A model generated the notes under the pieces. That model was given only the letters and a program-made list of their open reading frames with translations, had not been told where the DNA came from and did no database searches. 56,257 bases of DNA from Candidatus Micrarchaeota archaeon (lineage in GTDB: Archaea > Micrarchaeota > Micrarchaeia > Anstonellales > J096), in contig JAUQPY010000013.1 in assembly GCA_030550115.1 (NCBI GenBank), positions 1 to 56,257 on the forward strand, written 5' to 3'. Positions within the stretch are counted from its first letter, which is position 1, and each line of letters begins with the position of its first letter. Made by a program: the position numbers and the translations under genes. Below, piece after piece: positions 1 to 10,049 of the stretch.

Positions 1-804
1 TTAACATGTTCATACCTATTCACAGGGCCAAATACATATAATAATACAGTACAGCTACAGAATGGATCAACATACTCTATAAATCTGGAGTTCAGTAGAG
101 GATCATATGAACTAATTATCAGTTGCACTGATGGGATCAATAATGTATCTGAAACTGTTCTATTCTCCATAAGAAGATCAGGCGGAGAAGAACAGATCCC
201 ACCAGAGGATCAACAGGAACAACAACCTATAATACAGGAAGAGCATCAGCAAGATAGCGATTCGGCTTCAGCTAGATCGAGTTCTATAAGTAGATCTGAT
301 CAAGAGGAGCAAAGAGAGCCCTTAGATATAAGAGATATCTCAGAACAGCTAGAACAGAGAGAAATTGTATTAGATTCTACAGATGTTCAACCTATAGTTG
401 TTGAGGAGGTTAGGGAATCTGAACCAGTACAACAGATAGAACAGGAAGACCAGCCTGAATTAGCAACACCCACTACAGAAGATGAGAGAACCAGGGGAAA
501 TTTCATATATCAGATTCTTAATATAATTCTACCTCAACAATTCCCTATCATATTTATATTATCTTTACTATCTTTATTAGCATATCTAAGAGTATTGAAA
601 ATGAGAGTGATAACGCTAAATGATAGAACAATCATTACATTTAGGAGTATAACTAATAGACCTGTTAGAAATGTGAGTGTAAGAATATTTGATCAAATAT
701 ACAGATCTGATGAAAATGGACAGATCATTATCAACATTCCTACTGAAGATGTATCTGTACAAGGATTCTGGATAGTATTAAAAGATAGAACCGAACGCAT
801 TTAA
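1..804 (+). CDS. Large surface protein, C-terminal fragment (5' end lies outside the window): Ig-like repeat, acidic/Gln-rich stalk, TM helix, conserved ~65-aa tail domain
   Basis: My own translation shows frame 1 open from nt 1 (LTCSYLFTGPNTYNN...) to the TAA at 802-804. Track ORF 595..804 is only the Met-initiated tail of this. The TM helix FPIIFILSLLSLLAYL is followed by a tail that aligns with the C-terminus of 22806..26090. Confidence 0.6.
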   Translation, partial: LTCSYLFTGPNTYNNTVQLQNGSTYSINLEFSRGSYELIISCTDGINNVSETVLFSIRRSGGEEQIPPEDQQEQQPIIQEEHQQDSDSASARSSSISRSDQEEQREPLDIRDISEQLEQREIVLDSTDVQPIVVEEVRESEPVQQIEQEDQPELATPTTEDERTRGNFIYQILNIILPQQFPIIFILSLLSLLAYLRVLKMRVITLNDRTIITFRSITNRPVRNVSVRIFDQIYRSDENGQIIINIPTEDVSVQGFWIVLKDRTERI

Positions 805-806
805 AG
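800..806 (+). promoter_or_regulatory. Candidate TATA box (TTTAAAG) for tRNA-Lys
   Basis: TTTAAAG lies 24 nt upstream of the tRNA 5' end, the same spacing as at the other stable RNA genes here. It overlaps the stop codon of the preceding gene. Confidence 0.3.
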
Positions 807-829
807 CTTTACATTATAAATAACAAACA

Positions 830-903
830 GGGCCCGTAGCTCAGCCTGGTAGAGCGGTGGGCTTTTAACCCATAGGTCAGGGGTTCGAATCCCCTCGGGC
901 CCG
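830..903 (+). tRNA. tRNA-Lys (anticodon UUU)
   Basis: Cloverleaf read by eye: acceptor GGGCCCG/CGGGCCC, D arm GCTC-AGCCTGGTA-GAGC, anticodon arm GTGGG-CTTTTAA-CCCAT, T arm AGGGG-TTCGAAT-CCCCT, discriminator G. No encoded CCA. Confidence 0.95.
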
Positions 904-907
904 TTAT

Positions 908-1729
908 TTAAGATAGGTTCTTAACTGATCTGAATCTACCTCCAGCAACTACATATAGAATAGATGCTATCAGATCTACTACCCCAACCCCATAATCAAG
1001 AACTTCCTTTACCCTTGAATATGACTCTACAAATCTATCATCTATCATTACTGCATATAAATCTTTTAGATCAACATCTCTAGCTCTATCTGATACCATT
1101 TCTCTTATCTTCGTATAGAGCTCCTTATTATCAATGATGATCTTACCAACAGCTATACCAATACCAATATCAAAATCTTCTTGATCTATCACATAAGGTG
1201 GGGTCAGATATTTAAATAAGATCTCTTTTCTAGTAAATTCATCTTTGATAAATCTGATTTCACCTAAAGCTCTAAACAGTTTATTTATAAAAATATCAAT
1301 ATCCATATTTGGGCGATATATTTTTCTAGCCACATCTACAAAATCATACGGAGTAGCTAATTGGACTTGGGATTTATATAACTTTAGAATTCTTTTTGCA
1401 TCAGAATATTCAATTCCAAATTCTAACATGCTGTTAACAATATATATTTCACTCTGCTGATTCATAGTTGAGAATTTGTTTCTAAGGAGCTTATTTGCAT
1501 TTATATCAAGTAATTTTAAAAATCCAGATAGGTTATTCTTTGGATCAATATAGTCCAGAGTTGATTTTACTACATCCAGAAATTCACTATCAGACAGAAA
1601 CTTATATTTCATAGTCTTTCTAGATAGCAATATATCAATCTCCTTATCATTAAATCCCAATTTACCCAGCTCCTCTTTTAAATCGATATTTTGAGGATTT
1701 AGAGAATTTGATATGGAAAATTGAGTCAT
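908..1729 (-). CDS. Hypothetical protein (273 aa)
   Basis: Long ORF with no recognisable motif. Its stop lies 5 nt from the tRNA-Lys 3' end. Confidence 0.6.
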   Translation of the reverse strand: MTQFSISNSLNPQNIDLKEELGKLGFNDKEIDILLSRKTMKYKFLSDSEFLDVVKSTLDYIDPKNNLSGFLKLLDINANKLLRNKFSTMNQQSEIYIVNSMLEFGIEYSDAKRILKLYKSQVQLATPYDFVDVARKIYRPNMDIDIFINKLFRALGEIRFIKDEFTRKEILFKYLTPPYVIDQEDFDIGIGIAVGKIIIDNKELYTKIREMVSDRARDVDLKDLYAVMIDDRFVESYSRVKEVLDYGVGVVDLIASILYVVAGGRFRSVKNLS

Positions 1730-1760
1730 ATACAGAGGAGGAAAAATAAAAAGAAAGGAA

Positions 1761-1991
1761 TTACTTTCTCCTCTTCATCTTGGATCTTTCTACGTAACCA
1801 GATTTACCCAGATAGTAGAGATACCCGCTTTCTCTCTTTATAACTTCTTTTGTTACTGGTTCTGGCTTGGTGTTCTTAACTTTGTTTCTCATAGCTCTGC
1901 TAGGTACTCTATAAACTCTTCCGTCCTTACCTACATAATACAGATATCCCTTCTCTCTCTTTACTAACTCTTTCCCTACTTTTTCACCCAT
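1761..1991 (-). CDS. Small, very basic protein made of two tandem ~30-aa repeats (KE-x-x-KRE-x-GYLYY-x-GK-x-G-x-V-x-R)
   Basis: Internal repeat KELVKREKGYLYYVGKDGRVYRV / KEVIKRESGYLYYLGKSGYVERS. A strong SD-like AGGTGA lies 8 nt upstream of the ATG (reverse complement of 1992-2010). Confidence 0.65.
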   Translation of the reverse strand: MGEKVGKELVKREKGYLYYVGKDGRVYRVPSRAMRNKVKNTKPEPVTKEVIKRESGYLYYLGKSGYVERSKMKRRK

Positions 1992-2062
1992 TGTATTTTC
2001 ACCTTGCTAAATAAATATAGAATTATTTGTTTTTAAATCTTTAGTATTCTAGGGATAAATTA

Positions 2063-2076
2063 GTAAACTTTAAAAA
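2063..2076 (+). promoter_or_regulatory. Candidate BRE/TATA promoter of the 16S rRNA gene (GTAAAC-TTTAAAAA)
   Basis: The TATA-like TTTAAAAA ends 26 nt before the first base of the processing helix (2102). The same 13-mer TAAACTTTAAAAA lies 27 nt before tRNA-Phe. Confidence 0.45.
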
Positions 2077-2101
2077 GGTTTCGTTACTATTAAATAAATG
2101 T

Positions 2102-2139
2102 GAATACTCCGGTTGGAGTAGGATAGAGTGGGTAGTGCA
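2102..2139 (+). other. 5' strand of the 16S rRNA processing helix
   Basis: GAATACTCCGGT (2102-2113) and GATAGAGTGGGTAGTGCA (2122-2139) are complementary to 3700-3711 and 3676-3692 respectively. Confidence 0.8.
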
Positions 2140-2166
2140 AGCCAATTCCTCGTACTCCTGATCGTG

Positions 2167-3655
<1,489 letters not shown>

Positions 3656-3675
3656 AAAATGGTTGTTGAAGGAGC

Positions 3676-3711
3676 TGCACTACCCACCTATCTGAAAAGA
3701 CCGGAGTATTC
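3676..3711 (+). other. 3' strand of the 16S rRNA processing helix
   Basis: TGCACTACCCACCTATC and ACCGGAGTATTC pair with 2122-2139 and 2102-2113, with one bulge and one internal loop. Confidence 0.8.
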
Positions 3712-3741
3712 CATTTAAAAACAATTTCTTACATAAGTAAC

Positions 3742-4314
3742 ATGACTATACAAATACATAGTTTGGGAATAGAGGATATTAGAAAACTTCTTGATCAGAA
3801 CAGTGTTATATATCTAACCCAAAATGAATCTAAACCTTACAGAGATTCCTATGTAGATAGAATTCTACAGATGGGTATACTCCAGAAGATAATAATAGCT
3901 AAAACTGATGAGCCTCAAAGGGATAAGTATATATGTAAGAATCCTAGAACAGCTATTGTATTCGATAAATATAATTCTAAAGAACAGCTGATAGGAGCTA
4001 TTCTTAGGATAGCTTTTAGAAACTACAAGGATATAGAAATTCATAAGTTAAATGATAAGGAAAGAAAATTGATGAGTCTTAAATTCTATCTAGATATTGA
4101 GGATATCGATATGCGATCAAGTCTATTATCCGTCTTATCACTACCTTGGATAATTCCAGATTCAAACATATCTATTCAGATAATTGATAGCATAAAGTAT
4201 ATTCTTCATAAATATGATAGCAGATATGTGGATTATTACAGAATTTTACTACAGCTGAAGCTTAAACACAGAGTTGAAACATTCTGCTATATATTTGATT
4301 GCGATGAATTATAG
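3742..4314 (+). CDS. Hypothetical protein (190 aa), first gene of the zincin-paralog array
   Basis: ORF with an ATG ~20 nt downstream of ATTTAAAAA (3713-3721). No HExxH motif. It overlaps the next gene. Confidence 0.6.
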   Translation: MTIQIHSLGIEDIRKLLDQNSVIYLTQNESKPYRDSYVDRILQMGILQKIIIAKTDEPQRDKYICKNPRTAIVFDKYNSKEQLIGAILRIAFRNYKDIEIHKLNDKERKLMSLKFYLDIEDIDMRSSLLSVLSLPWIIPDSNISIQIIDSIKYILHKYDSRYVDYYRILLQLKLKHRVETFCYIFDCDEL

Positions 4315-5281
4315 AGTTCAGCTAGATCTACCTATTCATCCTAAGCGAATTATATCTCAGAGTAGGATAGATGAGTTCTGGAAATCAAATCGGGAGCTAA
4401 AAACTGCTAGTGATATTCTAGATATCTCACCAAAAGTATACATACCTTTTCTGTATTATAACTACTATTCACTAGCATCAGATATAATTATTAGAGAGAT
4501 ACTAAGTAAGTATAGATCCAAAAGATACCTGAAATTAATTGATAAAATTGCAAATACAGAATTGGAGATTTATCTAGATTTATATGGGATAAATCCCAAT
4601 CCTATACGTGCTATCGATAGGAAGGTTAGTGATATTCGAACTTTTATAGCTAGTAGAGCAACTATCTATGTTATTAGCTCTGGATATGATGATAATGGAA
4701 TTATATATAGTTTAGATTATAGAAAAGATATTAATTCATATAGATTAATACGAGATGAAGAGTTAGAGACTCGACTAAGTCGAATCATGAGGAGAACTGT
4801 TCCCTTCAGAATTCTTTTTCTGAGAAGCCCTTTTAGACTGAGAAATGCATATGGTTTCTCTGAAGAACTCTTATCTGAATTCAAGATACTTCCAGGAATA
4901 GTTATAGAGAATTTTGATAGAATAACATATCTACAACTTATGAGCATTGTGTTTCATGAACTGTTCCATATAATATATCCTAAAGATCCCTATCTACAGA
5001 TGTCAGTAAGAGATATGGGGAGAATATACCATAGAATTGATGTAAATAGATTTTCAAGTAGATATTACACAGGGATAGAGGATCATCCGCATGAAGGGGA
5101 GATTGAGTTGGCTGCGTCGATATTCTCAAACGTTATGGTAGCAGAGGAGTTCAGAAGAATCCACGATCTAATTAAGATCAAGACGGATGCTATTGACTTC
5201 CCTGAAATACTAGATTTTATAGATTATATTGGTGACAGATATGGTAAGGGCAGTAGAATACGTGAACAGGAGATTGAATAG
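4304..5281 (+). CDS. Putative zinc metallopeptidase (HExxH), divergent paralog 1
   Basis: HELFH is encoded at 4955-4969, with DHPHEGEIELAAS downstream. The track start at 4274 is TTG; ATG 4304 (MNYRVQ...) is preferred. Confidence 0.6.
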   Translation: MNYRVQLDLPIHPKRIISQSRIDEFWKSNRELKTASDILDISPKVYIPFLYYNYYSLASDIIIREILSKYRSKRYLKLIDKIANTELEIYLDLYGINPNPIRAIDRKVSDIRTFIASRATIYVISSGYDDNGIIYSLDYRKDINSYRLIRDEELETRLSRIMRRTVPFRILFLRSPFRLRNAYGFSEELLSEFKILPGIVIENFDRITYLQLMSIVFHELFHIIYPKDPYLQMSVRDMGRIYHRIDVNRFSSRYYTGIEDHPHEGEIELAASIFSNVMVAEEFRRIHDLIKIKTDAIDFPEILDFIDYIGDRYGKGSRIREQEIE

Positions 5282-5843
5282 TAAAGTAGGCTACAGAGTA
5301 GTTGTAGATGTAGCTAGAGATACCCTCCCAAGTGGTAGCGTAATCAGAATATCTCAAGAGGAGGAAATATATATAGTTACAATCCGAGCTCCAGATGAGA
5401 GATTATTGAGACTGATTCAGAATCATGAATTTGCCCATATCTTGTGGGATATTGATGGTAGGATAAAGATAGGGGAGAGAAGTCTCAGAGGAGCATTCTG
5501 TGATATGTACGAGAGAATAGATTCGCGAAAATCTGCGTTCAGATTATTAACAGAAGAATATTATATTAATCATCGATATCTAGGACATCCATGGAGTAGT
5601 TGTGAGGAGTTGTTCTGCTCATTTTTTACTATTTCTGATCTAGCTACTTCAGATACCAAAATTCGTAAGAGATTTCTAAGGAATATGGTATTATTAAATG
5701 ATGTTTTCAATTGGGAATTCGAAAGATTGATGATTGGAATTTGGGAATTGTACGGGATGAGTGAATTAGTGGAGGATTTGAAAAAGATTAAGAGCAAGAA
5801 TTGGTTAGGTATTAGATATTTGATTGCAAAGGTTGTGGTTTAA
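5241..5843 (+). CDS. Putative zinc metallopeptidase (HExxH ... GHPW-x5-EELFCS), paralog 2
   Basis: HEFAH is encoded at 5424-5438, with GHPWSSCEELFCSFF downstream. The track start at 5229 is TTG; ATG 5241 is preferred, and the exact start is uncertain. Confidence 0.6.
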   Translation: MVRAVEYVNRRLNSKVGYRVVVDVARDTLPSGSVIRISQEEEIYIVTIRAPDERLLRLIQNHEFAHILWDIDGRIKIGERSLRGAFCDMYERIDSRKSAFRLLTEEYYINHRYLGHPWSSCEELFCSFFTISDLATSDTKIRKRFLRNMVLLNDVFNWEFERLMIGIWELYGMSELVEDLKKIKSKNWLGIRYLIAKVVV

Positions 5844-5875
5844 ACATTTTTAAATATTTTTTAAAGAATAAACAT

Positions 5876-6772
5876 ATGGAAGTTAAGGTTAATGTTGGAG
5901 GAATTAGAGTTAGGATGGATAGAAGTGATAGAAATATTTTATTCAAATCTCATGGAGATATGGTATTAGTAAGATATGATTCCAGAAGAGATTTAAAAAT
6001 CGAATCAAAATTAGTACATCCCGTGCCTAATGGATTTTTCTTCCTTACCGACTATTTAAAGATTGAACAGAACGGTGTTACTTATGAGTATGATACCAAA
6101 AACCTAAAAAAGAAAATTATAAAAGGAGAACGTTGGACGATAGTTGCTGGGGAAAATGTTGAAGAGTGGCAGTTAAAAAAGGTGATTGAAATTCTATATA
6201 CAACTAATCGGATCAAATCCTATTTAAGTATTTACATTGATTCTGATCATGAGGGATTGGCTGTTGAGTATTGTTTAAACGGTTTTAATATTATCAATAT
6301 TATATGGCTCAGATCCTCTCCAAAGGTACCCATGAGTTTAATCTTACATACACATCATGAATTGGCGCATCAACTAGATACTCAAAATTTAGAACCTATT
6401 ATAAAAAATGCTTATATGTTCATCTCATTGCATAATAATTCTAAGAAAATATTTAATATGTTAAGAGAGGGATGTTTTTTCAGGGAAACTGATTTTACAA
6501 TGGGTCATCCATGGAATGGGCCAAATGAACTGTTTGCATCACTATATACATTAATCAGAGTGGCTGATGATCTGATTAAGAATAATAAGAGAGCTTACCC
6601 CGGTTATGCTTTCTCTGATCTAATTATACCTACTCTCGTAACTTTTTCAGCACGTCTCTCCCCAATAAGAGATTTGATAAGAGCTATAGGTAAGGAATAT
6701 GATATAGAGTTTGCACGCCAGATAGATCATTATGTTGAAATATACTTAGCTAATCCAGGGGAATTCCCATGA
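5876..6772 (+). CDS. Putative zinc metallopeptidase (HExxH ... GHPW-x4-NELFAS), paralog 3
   Basis: HELAH is encoded at 6356-6370. GHPWNGPNELFASLY lies 52 aa after the second His. Confidence 0.7.
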   Translation: MEVKVNVGGIRVRMDRSDRNILFKSHGDMVLVRYDSRRDLKIESKLVHPVPNGFFFLTDYLKIEQNGVTYEYDTKNLKKKIIKGERWTIVAGENVEEWQLKKVIEILYTTNRIKSYLSIYIDSDHEGLAVEYCLNGFNIINIIWLRSSPKVPMSLILHTHHELAHQLDTQNLEPIIKNAYMFISLHNNSKKIFNMLREGCFFRETDFTMGHPWNGPNELFASLYTLIRVADDLIKNNKRAYPGYAFSDLIIPTLVTFSARLSPIRDLIRAIGKEYDIEFARQIDHYVEIYLANPGEFP

Positions 6773-7611
6773 AATTGGAGTCTGGAGCAGGATATATAAA
6801 ATTAATCACTACCAATACAGAGGGATTGTTGGAGGTGTATGTAAATGAACAGAAGGTTCTGAAAAGTTTGAGTGGTTTCATTTTCACAGATCCGAATTAC
6901 ATAATCCCAGAATCTAATAATGTTTTCTTTGTATTATCTAATAATGCAAAGTTTAGAACTAAAAATCAAAGAGGAGTGAATGAGATTGTTCATAGTAATA
7001 GATTGAGTAGAATTGGCAATGAAAAATATAGTATCAGTACTCTACCAAATACAATGATCCTACCCATATATACGTGGACAATGGAGAGATTCACCAAGTT
7101 GCTAAGTGGATACGATCATACGATATTATATCTGAATGATGTATCTGATTTCCCCTTTCTGATCACTGTGAAAAGAAATAATTTGTTCAAGATATTCACA
7201 GAGTCCTCTGATATTGGTGCATTGTTCCTATGGGATCAGATCGCTCGTCATGGATTTTGGGACATAAAAATATCAGACTTTGCATCCAATATACATATTC
7301 AAATTCCAAATCTGAACGAGAAAGTTAATAGATTTAAAAACATGGAGGATAGTAAAAATGTATTAAGATCAATTTTTATCATAATAGCACTTCAGAATGC
7401 CTCTGAGCAAATAGGTTTGAGTAAGAATTTCAGAGACTTATTAGAATCCTACTTAGCAAATGATCTTGTGAGAATACAGGAAATAGTGGCCAGTGATAAT
7501 TTAGTCAGAGAACTGATAAGTAGAATATCGGAATATCTAGAGCTAAGAGACCCATCTGACAACTTATTACAATCATATTCAAATAGAATAAATAGGCTTA
7601 AATTAAATTAG
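6769..7611 (+). CDS. Hypothetical protein, apparent motif-dead paralog of 5876..6772
   Basis: ATGA start/stop overlap with the upstream gene. Alignable blocks are GFFFLTDY/GFIFTDPNY and IINIIWLRS...HTHHELAHQLD / LFKIFTES...LWDQIARHGFWD, so HELAH is replaced by DQIAR and NELFAS by NVLRSI. Confidence 0.55.
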   Translation: MKLESGAGYIKLITTNTEGLLEVYVNEQKVLKSLSGFIFTDPNYIIPESNNVFFVLSNNAKFRTKNQRGVNEIVHSNRLSRIGNEKYSISTLPNTMILPIYTWTMERFTKLLSGYDHTILYLNDVSDFPFLITVKRNNLFKIFTESSDIGALFLWDQIARHGFWDIKISDFASNIHIQIPNLNEKVNRFKNMEDSKNVLRSIFIIIALQNASEQIGLSKNFRDLLESYLANDLVRIQEIVASDNLVRELISRISEYLELRDPSDNLLQSYSNRINRLKLN

Positions 7612-7659
7612 TGAAATTCTGTAGATTAATATTAAATAGCTTATCAGTAGTTTTTATAC

Positions 7660-8745
7660 ATGATAAACTCAGCTGGCAAGATACTAATATTTGGTGGTTA
7701 TAATCTATTGATGAATAAAATACTGGTAAATGGCAAATACCTACAATCAAGAGCTCTGGTTGCTGCAGTAGTGGATAGGAAAAACATGGGAATAGGAGCA
7801 AACTACACAATTTCTAATCAGGATAGAATTATAAGTAAACTATACAATCTTTATGAATCTCCAAACATCAGATCTAAAAATCTAGCTTCAGTAGCAATGG
7901 CAGTCGCCATAAAATACCTTAAATCCAAGAGGAAATATGTTAATCCTCTGGAGATAGAGCTGTTATCATCTCCGATCTTTGGAACTCCTGATAGTAAAAC
8001 AGGTCTAGGTTCCTCAAGTGCTAGTATGGTTAGCACGATTAAAGCTGTATTAGAGGGGAATGGGTTGAAATCTGATCCAGATCTAGTATTCAGATTAGCC
8101 CTGATCGCCTATAGATTAGCTGGTAAAACTCCTGTAGGATTTGATTTTGCCACAGCTACATATAATTCATCAATAATATACCAAAAATCTCAAAATATAG
8201 ATTTAGATCTGAAAACTATCAACAAATCTCTAAGGATAGAGATAGTACCAGTGAAAATACCAAACGATATCGATATGTTGGTATACGATACTGGTTATAG
8301 CTTGGATACGAATATAGCTGTTAGAGAGTTCAAGAGAGTCTATAAAAGAGGAGATATCAAGGATCTGGCTAGAGAATATTTTAAGCTAGAGGACAGAGGA
8401 ATAGATGCATTCATGAAGGGTAAATGGAGTGAAGTTGGTAAGATTACTGAAATGATCAGAGATAGATTAATAAGAATATGGAAACATATGGATTTAGAAC
8501 AGGAATATGAACCAGAAGAGATAACGATGATTATGAAAGAACTGTCTAGGGAGAAGGGTATAATAGCGCAGAGACTGCATGGGGCTGGGAGAGAATCACT
8601 GATGATATTAGTTGATAATAGAATGAAGCAAAATATATCAAATCTCATAGAACAGAGCTATCCAGAGTTAAAAAGGATTGATGCATATCTGATTAGAAAT
8701 AAATATTTAAATATTAAGCTGCATTTAAAAAACCATGTATCATGA
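7660..8745 (+). CDS. GHMP-family kinase, phosphomevalonate kinase (ERG8)-like
   Basis: The N-terminal GKILIFGGYNLL resembles the PMK motif GKVLLAGGYLVL. GHMP motif II is present as KTGLGSSSASMVSTIKAV. Confidence 0.65.
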   Translation: MINSAGKILIFGGYNLLMNKILVNGKYLQSRALVAAVVDRKNMGIGANYTISNQDRIISKLYNLYESPNIRSKNLASVAMAVAIKYLKSKRKYVNPLEIELLSSPIFGTPDSKTGLGSSSASMVSTIKAVLEGNGLKSDPDLVFRLALIAYRLAGKTPVGFDFATATYNSSIIYQKSQNIDLDLKTINKSLRIEIVPVKIPNDIDMLVYDTGYSLDTNIAVREFKRVYKRGDIKDLAREYFKLEDRGIDAFMKGKWSEVGKITEMIRDRLIRIWKHMDLEQEYEPEEITMIMKELSREKGIIAQRLHGAGRESLMILVDNRMKQNISNLIEQSYPELKRIDAYLIRNKYLNIKLHLKNHVS

Positions 8746-9115
8746 AAGGAGATCAGGAACGGTATATTCTGGAACCGGTGCTAAGAAAGTAAAGAATAGA
8801 GACAAAATTAAAGCTCATTTTGGTAGGGATAGAATACTTACCAAATTGGATACAAAGGAGGAGAGAAAGATAGTTAGAACCAAAGGTGGTGGAACTAAGG
8901 TCAAACTCAAGAGAGCACTGTATGTGAATTTGGCTACTAAGGATGGGAAGGTTGTTAGAACAGAGATTGTTAAGGTTTTAGAATCTAATACTCCTAATGA
9001 AACCAGATCAAACATAATAACCAAAGGTACTATAATAGAGGTTAAAGGATATGGAAAGGCCAGAGTAACGTCCAGACCGAATCAGGATGGAATGATAAAT
9101 GCAATTCAATTATAA
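8735..9115 (+). CDS. rps8e: 30S ribosomal protein S8e
   Basis: RTKGGGTKVKLKRALYVNLA ... NIITKGTIIEV ... ARVTSRPNQDGMINAIQL matches the S8e signature. Confidence 0.9.
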   Translation: MYHERRSGTVYSGTGAKKVKNRDKIKAHFGRDRILTKLDTKEERKIVRTKGGGTKVKLKRALYVNLATKDGKVVRTEIVKVLESNTPNETRSNIITKGTIIEVKGYGKARVTSRPNQDGMINAIQL

Positions 9116-9144
9116 TTTTTAAACACTTTTATTAATAAAAATAT

Positions 9145-10041
9145 ATGGTTTACAGATTAGAAAAAAGTTATTCGAACTCTAGAATGATTGAAACTACGAT
9201 GTATGATGAAGTTAGGAGAAGATATATTATACTTTATATTTATGACTATGAGAAGTTAAGAGAGAATACGTATTTTATAAACAGATCAAAAGACCATGGA
9301 TTGAAAAAGAGTAGGTTGATATTTTTTGTTGATCATGTAGATCCAGATTATTTTCTAAGATACAAGAGTGCTGCACACTATACAGAAGCAACATATGATC
9401 TTCTTAAAGATAGAGAACCTGATAGAGATAAATGGATCGAGAGGTCTGATGTAACTGATAAATATATAATACAAGAATATGGAATAAAGCAGGAAAATGT
9501 ATCTAAACCCTATATAATTAGAATTAGGCCTAATGAACCTATAATACACATCTTGGATTGCATTTCAGATAAATATTCAATGCTATTAGATAAAATAGAT
9601 GTTGGACATGATACAAGGAGAGAACGCCTGAAAACCAGAGAGAGAAGGGAAAAGAGACGATATATAAGAGTTGTTGCTGATGTGGAAAAAAATAGGATAA
9701 TAGGCAATCTGATCAGTTTATTTGGATCTGGATTGGGATATAGTGCCATATTAGGAGGATTTTTAGGTGCTGATCAAACATTAGTTGGTATAGGATTCTA
9801 TATTGGTATGAATATGATGGCCTTCAGACCCATGCAGAAGATAATATATCCAATTAGTCACCCAATCACATATCTAGATCCGATTAGTAGGAGATATTAT
9901 AGAGAAATTATAAACATAGTATTTAATTATATAGAACAGAACAAAAATGGAGATGTATATGTTCATATATATGCACCTGAGCAGCTGAAGAGCTTTATAA
10001 AATCTGAGCTAAGAGAAAGAATTAAAAACCTAAAATCTTAA
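9145..10041 (+). CDS. Hypothetical membrane protein (298 aa)
   Basis: Arg/Lys-rich stretch RRERLKTRERREKRRY followed by Gly-rich hydrophobic segments (IIGNLISLFGSGLGYSAILGGFLGA..VGIGFYIGMNMMAF). Confidence 0.6.
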   Translation: MVYRLEKSYSNSRMIETTMYDEVRRRYIILYIYDYEKLRENTYFINRSKDHGLKKSRLIFFVDHVDPDYFLRYKSAAHYTEATYDLLKDREPDRDKWIERSDVTDKYIIQEYGIKQENVSKPYIIRIRPNEPIIHILDCISDKYSMLLDKIDVGHDTRRERLKTRERREKRRYIRVVADVEKNRIIGNLISLFGSGLGYSAILGGFLGADQTLVGIGFYIGMNMMAFRPMQKIIYPISHPITYLDPISRRYYREIINIVFNYIEQNKNGDVYVHIYAPEQLKSFIKSELRERIKNLKS

Positions 10042-10049
10042 TACAACAC

